Shown piece by piece: positions 28,573-36,927 of a stretch of DNA of 64,000 bases. The first letter of the stretch is position 1. The number at the start of each line of letters is the position of its first letter. The position numbers and the translations under genes were made by a program. The notes beneath the pieces are model-generated. The model saw only the letters and a list, made by a program, of their open reading frames with translations. It made no database searches and was not told the origin of the DNA. The DNA comes from an uncultured Fibrobacterota bacterium (GTDB lineage Bacteria > Fibrobacterota > Chitinivibrionia > Chitinivibrionales > FEN-1185), in assembly GCA_963729895.1 (NCBI GenBank), contig CAVSQB010000025.1, positions 1 through 64,000 on the forward strand. The letters run 5' to 3'.

Positions 28573-30102
28573 CTACCTGCTCAATACTAAATCTCCCGCC
28601 GTTTGAGTGTTCTGTCCACGCAGTCTTACAATGTACCGGCCGGAATTTACGCTTCTGCCATTGTCCGACTTTCCATCCCACACAATGTGGTTGGCGCCCG
28701 GGTTAATCTCAAGCGTCCGGACTTTCCTGCCTTCTAGGTTATAGATCTCGGCCGATTGTACGGTCTCGCCCTTGGAAAGGTTGATATTGGCGACAATCGG
28801 CCTGATGCCGTTACCGGTCACGGTAATTTGCACAATGCCCTGGCGGGAAAGATGCGGGTTTTCCTGAACCAGGGAAGATATTAGCCATGGACCGGCATCA
28901 ACGATCCCTTTTCCCGCACCGGTTTGCGCGGTCATAAGCGTGGTTATGTCCGCGGCCGTGTAGCCGTACTCAGTTACGAATTGGTCGACGATGGTGGCAC
29001 TCCATGCCGGGTATCCGTCGCCGGACGGGTAGGCCGGTGGAATTACTGATCTGATTTTCTTCACTGCCACATGGTCGACAGCACCGGCAAACGTGCCCAT
29101 TACGATTGAACGCTGGTCCGAGCCATCGCTTACACTACCGACCCATTGCCCCGGATCGCCCGCCCACATGCAGTCCACAATGCAGAGCTGGGTCTTTGCG
29201 GGATAAGAAGAGGGAACTCCTGCTTGAATTTTTCCGACAACATAGTCACAGGAGTTGACATACATGAGAGCAGGCATCCCATCCGTATTTCCCGCGTGCC
29301 CGAAATCAATTGTGTTCTTATTATTCTTTTGGCACATTGTGACGCCGCTGTATTCTCCGTACCTGTCGTGGCCCTTGTTCACTGCGCAGTTTACGAAGAT
29401 GTCGACGCCGTCAATGCTTGGGGATGCAGCGGCGCTTTGCGACCACAAATTGGTCAGTCCTGTCGGAAAAGTAACTGTATTCCCCCCAGTTCCTGCCCCA
29501 AAAGTCACGCCAGCCGGGATGGGCTTGCCTGCGCCGACATAAGTTGCGTTATTGAAAGCACCGGCGCCTCCACCGTCATAAATGCAGATGTTTGCCGGCA
29601 ACATACCCATTCCGACAAGCACGTTGCATACTTTTGCCACAACCGCAACGGAAGGATAAAGACCGGCAAAAGTATTCACCTTCATCGCAGCTTTGGCAGT
29701 TGCCCAGGTTTTGGTGGAGGGGATCTTGAAGATTGTGCTCCACGCGGTTGCAATGTCGTGCGTATTTGTAAGCGCGCATGCGAGCTTGTCCATGTCGGTT
29801 GCGACAACGGAATAGCTCACAAATGAATCTGTGGTGTCATTTGCGGCAGGATTTGGGTTATTGAAACTACCCCAGCTGTTGTAATGGTGCTTTGCATTCA
29901 TCACATTTGCGTCTGTTATATACGCGACGCGGAGATTGTCGATGTCCGTATTGATCGGCGTGTTACTGAGGTTGATAATGGCGGTGTTGATAGTTGCGCC
30001 AGAGGTTTTTTTCGCCATCGGCACTCCCACCATCAATCCGGCTGTTCCCACTGCTGAAGCCTTTAGGAAGTTTCTCCTGCTCTCCAAGGTTTTCTTGCTC
30101 AT
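28573..30102 (-). CDS. Tat-exported DUF362-like protein with C-terminal T9SS-type/FlgD-Ig sorting domain (paralog B)
   Basis: SRRNFLK; colinear and highly similar to paralog A along its full length (e.g. identical VNCAVNKGHDRY, CIVDCMWAGDPGQWVG). Confidence 0.8.
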   Translation of the reverse strand: MSKKTLESRRNFLKASAVGTAGLMVGVPMAKKTSGATINTAIINLSNTPINTDIDNLRVAYITDANVMNAKHHYNSWGSFNNPNPAANDTTDSFVSYSVVATDMDKLACALTNTHDIATAWSTIFKIPSTKTWATAKAAMKVNTFAGLYPSVAVVAKVCNVLVGMGMLPANICIYDGGGAGAFNNATYVGAGKPIPAGVTFGAGTGGNTVTFPTGLTNLWSQSAAASPSIDGVDIFVNCAVNKGHDRYGEYSGVTMCQKNNKNTIDFGHAGNTDGMPALMYVNSCDYVVGKIQAGVPSSYPAKTQLCIVDCMWAGDPGQWVGSVSDGSDQRSIVMGTFAGAVDHVAVKKIRSVIPPAYPSGDGYPAWSATIVDQFVTEYGYTAADITTLMTAQTGAGKGIVDAGPWLISSLVQENPHLSRQGIVQITVTGNGIRPIVANINLSKGETVQSAEIYNLEGRKVRTLEINPGANHIVWDGKSDNGRSVNSGRYIVRLRGQNTQTAGDLVLSR

Positions 30103-30151
30103 ACTTATTCCCCCTTTGGATAAAGTATAAAAGTCATAGAATATTCTTTTC

Positions 30152-30742
30152 CTATTGCCCTATTTTCGAATGAAAATAATTCATAAAAGCGCTTGCATCG
30201 GATACGGCCACAGTGCCGCTAGGGTACTGCGTAAAGAACAACTCTACAAGAAAATTATTAAAGTGACCGTAGGCGTGAATAGTTGAGCCGTTGTTTGTGT
30301 ACAAGACCTGGGAAATCGAATAAGGCGCTAAAGCGGACTCCGCCTCAAACGAACTTCCCAGCGAATCCCCCGAGAATATTTTTGCGACGGCCGCGGAAGT
30401 TGTATATTGGACTACGAACATTTTGAGCTGCTCTGTATCCGTTCCCTGAGGCACCTTTGACATGTAGCTCAGAAACCCCTCTTTGAGTGTGTCGTTGGTG
30501 CAGGTGCCGCAATAAGTGCTGCTCCCGCCATCCACAAGGTTGTAAATTGACGTGTCGACAAAATAAACAGGATTCCCGGTCGGTGCCCACCCGCTTATTT
30601 GGTTCGTAACAACCAAGCTACTCAACGACACCCCAGGATTGGATGGAGCGGTAGGTCCGCCGCACGAAAAAAAACACATTCCCAAGATGCTCGCTGTTCC
30701 AATCACCCCAAATGAAATAGACCTCACTACTCCGAGTTTCAT
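30152..30742 (-). CDS. Lipoprotein, DUF6599-like (copy 3)
   Basis: Lipobox FFSC; QISGW...IYNLVDGGSSTY motif shared with two neighbours; alternative start at 30760. Confidence 0.7.
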   Translation of the reverse strand: MKLGVVRSISFGVIGTASILGMCFFSCGGPTAPSNPGVSLSSLVVTNQISGWAPTGNPVYFVDTSIYNLVDGGSSTYCGTCTNDTLKEGFLSYMSKVPQGTDTEQLKMFVVQYTTSAAVAKIFSGDSLGSSFEAESALAPYSISQVLYTNNGSTIHAYGHFNNFLVELFFTQYPSGTVAVSDASAFMNYFHSKIGQ

Positions 30743-30909
30743 GGCCACCGCCCCCTTCATGTGAAGATGAGTACCAACTTATAAATATAAACAATTTAAC
30801 CGATTATGGCTGATTTATTTCCTCGGCATCCGGGCAAAACGATCCCTCCGCTTGCCCAAAATATATTGTTCGCCACAGGTCTTTGGCAACACATCAATTT
30901 AAAAGACAG

Positions 30910-31512
30910 CTATTGTGCGATTGCCTTGTACTTGTCCAAGAACTTCAGGGCTTCGGGAGCCGCCGTGGCCGGGTCTGCAAAACCGGAAAGCGAGAATCTG
31001 ATATAGTACTTCTCAAAATTGGCGTCGACATTTATCCCGCCCTGGAACCGCGATGCCTCTGCCTCGTCTGCCGTGTATTGGCTGAGTGGCACTGTGTCCG
31101 AAAACGTGTCCGCGGTCTGCACCATGTCGACCGCTACCTTCGATTCGTAGAACGATTTTGCCTTTGCTATTGTGCCAAAGTCATAGACAAACCCGCTGAA
31201 GTTGTACGGTCCGTTGGCAGCCGACGCGCCGGCGCCGCCATTCATTTCCTCGGTGCACCATTGGACAAGGCCTCCGTTTTGGAACGGCTGCGCTGCTCCG
31301 TCAACCTGCGTAAAAAGGTCGGTCGGCGAATAGTCAACAAAATGGCTGCCTGAATCCACCACCCATCCGCTGATCTGCGTGGTCAGGTAGAAGTCCGCCA
31401 GAGTTACGTTCGGACCGGTCGGGCCTTTGGCGCAGGCGAGGAAAAGCGTGCTGCTCACAACTGCTCCCAGCAATAGAGTCCTTGCTTCTCCTCCAACAAA
31501 CCGGCCTACCAT
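30910..31512 (-). CDS. Lipoprotein, DUF6599-like (copy 2)
   Basis: Lipobox FLAC; QISGW...LFTQVDGAAQPF...VYDFGT...A motif; GGAGG RBS. Confidence 0.72.
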   Translation of the reverse strand: MVGRFVGGEARTLLLGAVVSSTLFLACAKGPTGPNVTLADFYLTTQISGWVVDSGSHFVDYSPTDLFTQVDGAAQPFQNGGLVQWCTEEMNGGAGASAANGPYNFSGFVYDFGTIAKAKSFYESKVAVDMVQTADTFSDTVPLSQYTADEAEASRFQGGINVDANFEKYYIRFSLSGFADPATAAPEALKFLDKYKAIAQ

Positions 31513-31583
31513 CCAACCTCCACGACTACGCGACGTTGATAAGTAATAAAAGTCTGATTCAAATATTCGGGACAGATAACTGA

Positions 31584-31610
31584 AGATTGCTTCGTTTCAC
31601 TCGCAATGAC
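31584..31610 (+). repeat. REP-like palindromic element remnant
   Basis: AGATTGCTTCGTTTCACTCGCAATGAC resembles the widespread GATTGCTTCG...CTCGCAATGAC intergenic repeat. Confidence 0.5.
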
Positions 31611-31715
31611 TCTTGGTTCGCTGCAACCTCTGCCAACAATTATCTCTCGACCGGCAAGCATGGAGCCAAAGCAACGTTTTGTCTATCTGGTTTACCCCCA
31701 AGGACTTAGGGAGAG

Positions 31716-33419
31716 TTAATTCGTAAATCCCTTCGGCAATTCTTCTCCTGACGCGGGAGTAGTGTTCGACGGTTTTTGAGGGGCTTGCTGAGTCGGTGCG
31801 CTTGTCTTTGTCTGGGTCCCTTGCACCTCTCCGCCCGAGCCCATGGTCTCTGCGCTCATATCGTTTTCTGCGGCAGATTCCTTTACGGCGCGCAAGTTCT
31901 TCTTCTTCTCAGTGATATAGGTGCCTTTTTTGATCCGGTCTTCACCGATTGAAAAGACCTCAATTGCTGCCCTTCCCTGCACGGGACAGGCTTTTTCGCA
32001 ATACCCGCAGCCTATGCACTTGTCGTCCGTTACAAAGGGACGCTTGAACGGACCCTTGAAGTTGTCGACGACCATTGAATCGATGGCATGGATAGGGCAG
32101 ATCTCGGCGCAGATGAGGCAGAGTTTTTCCTGTTCCCAGGCAATGCACCGGTGCCGGTCGATGACCGCGGTGCCGAGCTTGACAAATTGTTTTTCCGGAA
32201 GCGGGAGCGCGCGTATGGCCTGGGTGGGACACACGTGACCGCACATGTTGCACTTGTCTTCGCACGGGCCGTGCCGGGGAACAAGGTGCGGGGTCCACAA
32301 TCCGTCAAACCCGCATTCCAGGTCGGCGGGCTGGAGCCCGTTTGTCTTGCATGTCTTCATGCATTCGCCGCACCGGATGCACCGGGCAAGGAACTCGGGT
32401 TCCGGCAGGGACCCGGGCGGCCGGATGAACCGCCCGTTTACGTTTTTCGGGCCATTCAGGCCGGCCTTTGCGGTTGCCGCAAGCAGCAGTCCTGCCGCGG
32501 CGGACTGCATAAACCCGCGGCGCCGGATGTTGAGGCCGGCGTTTGCCGTGCCGAACCCGAAGCCGGAAAACCCGATCGTGATCGCGCTCTTCTTGCATAC
32601 GTCAATGCAGTCTCCGCACAGGACGCATTCGGAGAGCACGGTTTGGCGCGGATTGAGTTCAACGGCCCGCATGTCGCACTTGGCCGCGCAGAGTTTGCAG
32701 TCCGTGCAGGCGTCGCTTACCTTGCGTTTTAAGATGCCGAAGCGGGAAAACAGGGAGATAAACGCGCCGGTGGGGCACACGTACCTGCACCAGAACCGTT
32801 TGCGCCAGAAATTCGTCGCAACGATAAGGGCGAGAAGAAAAAATGCGGACACGCCGCTTGAGAAGAAAAATCGCTGAAAATTCACCTGGGTAAAAGTGTC
32901 GAGTCCCATGGCCAATAACAACGGCCGGAAAAGGTCGATCGCGCCGTCGACGAGCCAGACAACGGGGGGATACAGGACAAGCGCCGACACCCGCGGCGCA
33001 ATGGACATCGGGCTCAGGAACGCGAGGAAATTCGCGCCGAGCAGGGAAGCGAAGACCGCGCCGGTGAGGACGTAATATTTGATCCTGCGGTTGGGCTTGG
33101 GCTCAACGTTCTCCTTCTTATGCTTTTTTCCATGGACCAGAAAATCAGAAAAGTCAATAAGCGTGCCGAGCGGACAGATAAAACCGCAGAATATCCTGCC
33201 GAACACGAGAGAAAGGGCGAGCAGCGCGGCGGCCCAGATCATGGTGGCGATAAACGCCCGCGAGCCGATCATGGCCACGGTCGCCACGAGCGGGTCGAGC
33301 CGCAAAAACGCGTCAACCGGGAATTTCGCGGCAAACGGGTACATGGTAAAGACAAACAGGCCGGCGAAAACAGAGAACGTGACGGCCTGCGAGACGCGGC
33401 GGAAGGCAGAAAGTTTCAT
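31716..33419 (-). CDS. Membrane polyferredoxin (NapH/MauN-like domain fused to NapG/MauM-like domain)
   Basis: TM region with CGFICPLG and WCRYVCPTG; six ferredoxin-type Cys motifs; internal IRRRGF + hydrophobic helix before RPPGSLPEPEFLARCIRCGEC. Confidence 0.92.
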   Translation of the reverse strand: MKLSAFRRVSQAVTFSVFAGLFVFTMYPFAAKFPVDAFLRLDPLVATVAMIGSRAFIATMIWAAALLALSLVFGRIFCGFICPLGTLIDFSDFLVHGKKHKKENVEPKPNRRIKYYVLTGAVFASLLGANFLAFLSPMSIAPRVSALVLYPPVVWLVDGAIDLFRPLLLAMGLDTFTQVNFQRFFFSSGVSAFFLLALIVATNFWRKRFWCRYVCPTGAFISLFSRFGILKRKVSDACTDCKLCAAKCDMRAVELNPRQTVLSECVLCGDCIDVCKKSAITIGFSGFGFGTANAGLNIRRRGFMQSAAAGLLLAATAKAGLNGPKNVNGRFIRPPGSLPEPEFLARCIRCGECMKTCKTNGLQPADLECGFDGLWTPHLVPRHGPCEDKCNMCGHVCPTQAIRALPLPEKQFVKLGTAVIDRHRCIAWEQEKLCLICAEICPIHAIDSMVVDNFKGPFKRPFVTDDKCIGCGYCEKACPVQGRAAIEVFSIGEDRIKKGTYITEKKKNLRAVKESAAENDMSAETMGSGGEVQGTQTKTSAPTQQAPQKPSNTTPASGEELPKGFTN

Positions 33420-33455
33420 CAGATAAATCCCGGAATCCTTTTAATCGCTATGAGT

Positions 33456-33488
33456 TGAATTCCTCGAAGCTTGCTTCGGGGTAGTTCA
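33456..33488. repeat. Imperfect palindrome resembling IS200/IS605-type end hairpins
   Basis: TGAATTCCTCGAAGC-TT-GCTTCGGGGTAGTTCA; no transposase adjacent. Confidence 0.4.
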
Positions 33489-33560
33489 TTGAAGAAGATC
33501 CTCGCATGTTACCAAGTAGCAATAGATCTTAGAAGCTGCACCCCAGGGGAGACGACCCTT

Positions 33561-33590
33561 GGAAGTACCCGAAGGGGTGGACTTCTCCCC
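33561..33590 (-). repeat. 30-bp dispersed palindromic repeat, copy 1
   Basis: Plus strand GGAAGTACCCGAAGGGGTGGACTTCTCCCC; matches copies at 40948 and 56947 except at two positions. Confidence 0.85.
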
Positions 33591-33607
33591 ACCAAAAGAT
33601 AAAATAT

Positions 33608-34513
33608 TTATACTATCTTCACGTCCATTTTCTCCACGTCAATCTCGCCAAGGCCCATGTCGTACGCGTTCTTGATGTGTTTCACCTGGGAACCTTTGAA
33701 CTCCTTGTTGTACCAGCGCGCGATGCCTACGGTATAGGAATCCGCGGCAACAGGATCCGCGCTTGCCACGACCGTGTTGAGTTCCTCGGTTTTTCCCGGA
33801 CCGCTGGGGCCGTTGGTGAGAAGCGCGTACACCGCATTGACAATGGTAAGGTTCGGCCTGATAACGAGGAGCAGGTCGGCAATCGCCTGGTTGAGTTCAA
33901 CCTGCTCGTGCATGAACTGGCGGTCCCACACAAGGCCCATGAGGTTCTTGATGCCAAGGCTGACGCCCGCCGCGTCATGCGATTTTGCCGTGGGAATGTT
34001 GATGAGGCAGTTTGCCCGCGACACTTCCTTGGCAATCGACGTGGACTTGAGCTGTTTGCCGTTCTTGATCGGCGTGTCCTGGTAAAATTTCTCGTCTTCG
34101 AGCAGGGCGACCACAACGCCTTTGAGGCCTTCAACCGCGGCGCCGATGCCGCTTTTTTCCTTGCAGACTTTCCCGTCGCGCAGGGGATGGTCGATCACGA
34201 TCACGCGCTGCGCGCCCGCGTCGAGGCAGAGTTGCGCAACAGACTTCACGATTTCGGGGTGTGTGGTGGTTCCCCATTCAGGCGGGTTGGGAAATCCCAT
34301 GTTTGCCTTGAGCACCACCCGGTCGCCCTTTTTCACGAAATTTTGCATTCCGCCGAGCGCGTCGACGGCTTTCTTGACAATCTCTTCGGGCTTGCCCTTT
34401 GCCACAGCTACCACCGGCTTCTTCTTTTCCTGCGCCAGGACATTGACGGACGACAACGCGGCGCCCGCGGCTGCCGCGCTCCCGGTCTTGAGAAAATCTC
34501 TGCGCGATATCAC
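33608..34513 (-). CDS. Tat-exported DUF362 protein
   Basis: SRRDFLK signal; GGMQNFVKKGDRVVLKAN, TTHPEIV, INIPTAKSH...GIKNLMG, DPVAADS; GTG start after AGGAG. Confidence 0.92.
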   Translation of the reverse strand: MISRRDFLKTGSAAAAGAALSSVNVLAQEKKKPVVAVAKGKPEEIVKKAVDALGGMQNFVKKGDRVVLKANMGFPNPPEWGTTTHPEIVKSVAQLCLDAGAQRVIVIDHPLRDGKVCKEKSGIGAAVEGLKGVVVALLEDEKFYQDTPIKNGKQLKSTSIAKEVSRANCLINIPTAKSHDAAGVSLGIKNLMGLVWDRQFMHEQVELNQAIADLLLVIRPNLTIVNAVYALLTNGPSGPGKTEELNTVVASADPVAADSYTVGIARWYNKEFKGSQVKHIKNAYDMGLGEIDVEKMDVKIV

Positions 34514-34635
34514 GATAAAGCTCCTTTTTTATGGGAAAGCAGAATTACTGGACTACGAACGGATAAATATACATCCTTCGATTATGACAAAACCAACGCC
34601 TTTTTCAATCCGCAAAATGTCAATCCGCAATCTTC

Positions 34636-35193
34636 TCACTCCACTCCGATCTTGTTGTCGATGTTGTAATAGAACTGTTCCGCCATGTCAAGAGCAAAAT
34701 CGGATTTCTCGGTTGTGGTTATGCGCATGAATATGCTCTGTTTGGTATACTGGATGGTGTACGAGGTTGCCTGTGAAAGGTCCACAACGACCTCCGGATT
34801 GCTCTGACTCAGGATTTCCTGCGAAGTAGGCATGAAATAGTTAAAGAGTCCCTGGGCGTTTGCCTGCGTCCCCTGGTTGAAGATTTCAACGTTGACGTCC
34901 ACGCTGCCGTTACTGTACAGTTGCACCACGCCTTCCTCGAACCCGTAGGTGATGTAGCTTTGCGCGGCGCCGTCGATGGCGGCGTAAATAGACTGCTCAT
35001 CGGTCATGAGCGACACGCTGCCCTTCTTGACATAACCGCTTATGTCGTTGTCGAGCGGCAGATAATCCTGCGGGTCCGCCCCGGCGCCGGGGTCCTTGCT
35101 GATCCGGCATTGACAAAGAAGCGTTGCCAGGAGGGCGGGCGCCAGGGCAGCGGCGAGCCACGATTTGGGAAAGAATGTGTGAGGTGTCTTCAT
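34636..35193 (-). CDS. Lipoprotein, DUF6599-like (copy 1)
   Basis: Signal ending LLCQC; ISGY...IYAAIDGAAQSYITYGFEEG...VEIFNQGT..NA.GLF motif. Confidence 0.78.
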   Translation of the reverse strand: MKTPHTFFPKSWLAAALAPALLATLLCQCRISKDPGAGADPQDYLPLDNDISGYVKKGSVSLMTDEQSIYAAIDGAAQSYITYGFEEGVVQLYSNGSVDVNVEIFNQGTQANAQGLFNYFMPTSQEILSQSNPEVVVDLSQATSYTIQYTKQSIFMRITTTEKSDFALDMAEQFYYNIDNKIGVE

Positions 35194-35209
35194 GGATTAA
35201 TTCCGTGAA

Positions 35210-36772
35210 TTAGACCGGGACAGTTACAGATATTGGATTTGGTGCAATTGATCCAAGATTGTACTGCAATGCGGCAGTCAGGATATGGGAGGCCGCCCCA
35301 AGGTTTTTGAGAGTATAAGAATAAGGTGGCATGTTCTTCTGGGTTGCCCTCATGACGTTTATCATTTTCAGCACATGGGCGTCAATTGCCACAGGGTCTG
35401 TGCCTGCAATCACCTGGGCCGGAAACCAATTAGTCGACGGAGGTGTAGATGGCCCGCCATGATAAGCACCCAGGAAACCATCGCCGATCGTCAGAATCGG
35501 GGTGACTCGGCCGGCCGGACTCGCAAGTTGACTCAAGACAAGCTGGTATACCTGGGGAACCGCATCATTGCAGCTGCCGTTGTGGAAGGGTATCTGATGA
35601 TCGATGGCCCCGAAAAAATTCTTTAAGGCAAAGGTAATGCCTGCATCGACATGGTCCTTGATGACGGGCACATTAATAATATAATCGAGCGCAGGTATGA
35701 TGCTGCTCAGGCGCGTGGGTATGCCTGAAATGGAAAACGATCCTGCCGCCCACAGAAGCGATGATGGCTCGGCTTCAGTTACCGGGATTCCGTGCAAGGT
35801 AGTATTATAATTGACAGATGCTACTCTGCTTGAAAAAGTTCCATTGGGTCCAGACCCATCAGTAAGAGCATAGCCGGCATTAAGCATTTGTGTAGGGTTG
35901 GATGAATCGGACCCCCAATAACGGTCGTCGAAGACAATGATATTGTTGATGGGAAACGTGCCGCCGCTGTCGACGACCATCGTTGTCAGACCCTGGATGA
36001 TCGCAGTCACAACCTCTATGTGCGAGCACAATCCATTGTTAAGCAATTGGGAAGACTGAGTTGAAAACGCCTGTAATGCGGCCAGCGTGTTGATCTTAAT
36101 ACCGATCATGGATTTGGCCGTGACCCCGCCAAGAATAGATTTGTATGCTTCGCCCACGCTCGCAGGTGTCGCATTCGTTATCCCTTGCGCCACCGCCATT
36201 ACTGCGGCATTTACAGTCTTGTTTACTTCCTGCTGCACCAGAGCTCCAGTGGACAAAACAGCATTTGGATTTTGTGCAATGTAAACAGGTTTGGCCGCCA
36301 TTATGGGCACTTGGAGAGCAGCCGACAAAGGGCTTGCGTTATTATCGGAATCTACAGCCTCCAGCCAATAGTAATAGGAATCACCGACCACAAACGAACT
36401 GTCATCCGTAAAGCTCGTTCCCGTAACAAGGGAGGCGCCGTTGATCGGTTGGACCGCCGACACGTTTGGGGGTGTCGGGTCGAGGGTGCGATAAAGGTTA
36501 TAACCGGTAATTTGAATATTCGGATTTAAAGTGGTGAGACTTGCGCCGGTAACGTCGGTAAGGCTATTGGGATTCCAATTCAGAACCACATCGGTTATGG
36601 TGCCGTTGTTGTCGACGCCGTAGTCATTGACCAATCCAACCGGCGCCGACGGTAGCCGCACGTCGGGCTCAACAGGAGCGCGTTTGTCGCAACTGACAAG
36701 CACGCCCAGTCCGGCCGCACATTCAAGCGATTTCACCAGGAATTTCCGGCGATTGATCTTCTTTTGATTCAT
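35210..36772 (-). CDS. Tat lipoprotein with FN3 domain + DUF362 domain
   Basis: NRRKFL + lipobox LVSC; FN3 (GYNLYR...YYYWLEAVD...S.LS); GIKIN, INVPVIKDH.DAGITFALKNFFG, TDPVAID. Confidence 0.85.
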   Translation of the reverse strand: MNQKKINRRKFLVKSLECAAGLGVLVSCDKRAPVEPDVRLPSAPVGLVNDYGVDNNGTITDVVLNWNPNSLTDVTGASLTTLNPNIQITGYNLYRTLDPTPPNVSAVQPINGASLVTGTSFTDDSSFVVGDSYYYWLEAVDSDNNASPLSAALQVPIMAAKPVYIAQNPNAVLSTGALVQQEVNKTVNAAVMAVAQGITNATPASVGEAYKSILGGVTAKSMIGIKINTLAALQAFSTQSSQLLNNGLCSHIEVVTAIIQGLTTMVVDSGGTFPINNIIVFDDRYWGSDSSNPTQMLNAGYALTDGSGPNGTFSSRVASVNYNTTLHGIPVTEAEPSSLLWAAGSFSISGIPTRLSSIIPALDYIINVPVIKDHVDAGITFALKNFFGAIDHQIPFHNGSCNDAVPQVYQLVLSQLASPAGRVTPILTIGDGFLGAYHGGPSTPPSTNWFPAQVIAGTDPVAIDAHVLKMINVMRATQKNMPPYSYTLKNLGAASHILTAALQYNLGSIAPNPISVTVPV

Positions 36773-36927
36773 AGCCCCTCTTTTCCAAAAGAACTTGCGC
36801 AAAAGTCTGGAAATCACTCTTCTCGGAGAGCACCGACTCCAACTCTTATCTCATTACCAATTTCCCTAATACGAATACGCGCAGCTCTTCCCCGTAATTT
36901 AGCCTATTTTCCGCTCGTTTGCCGCAT

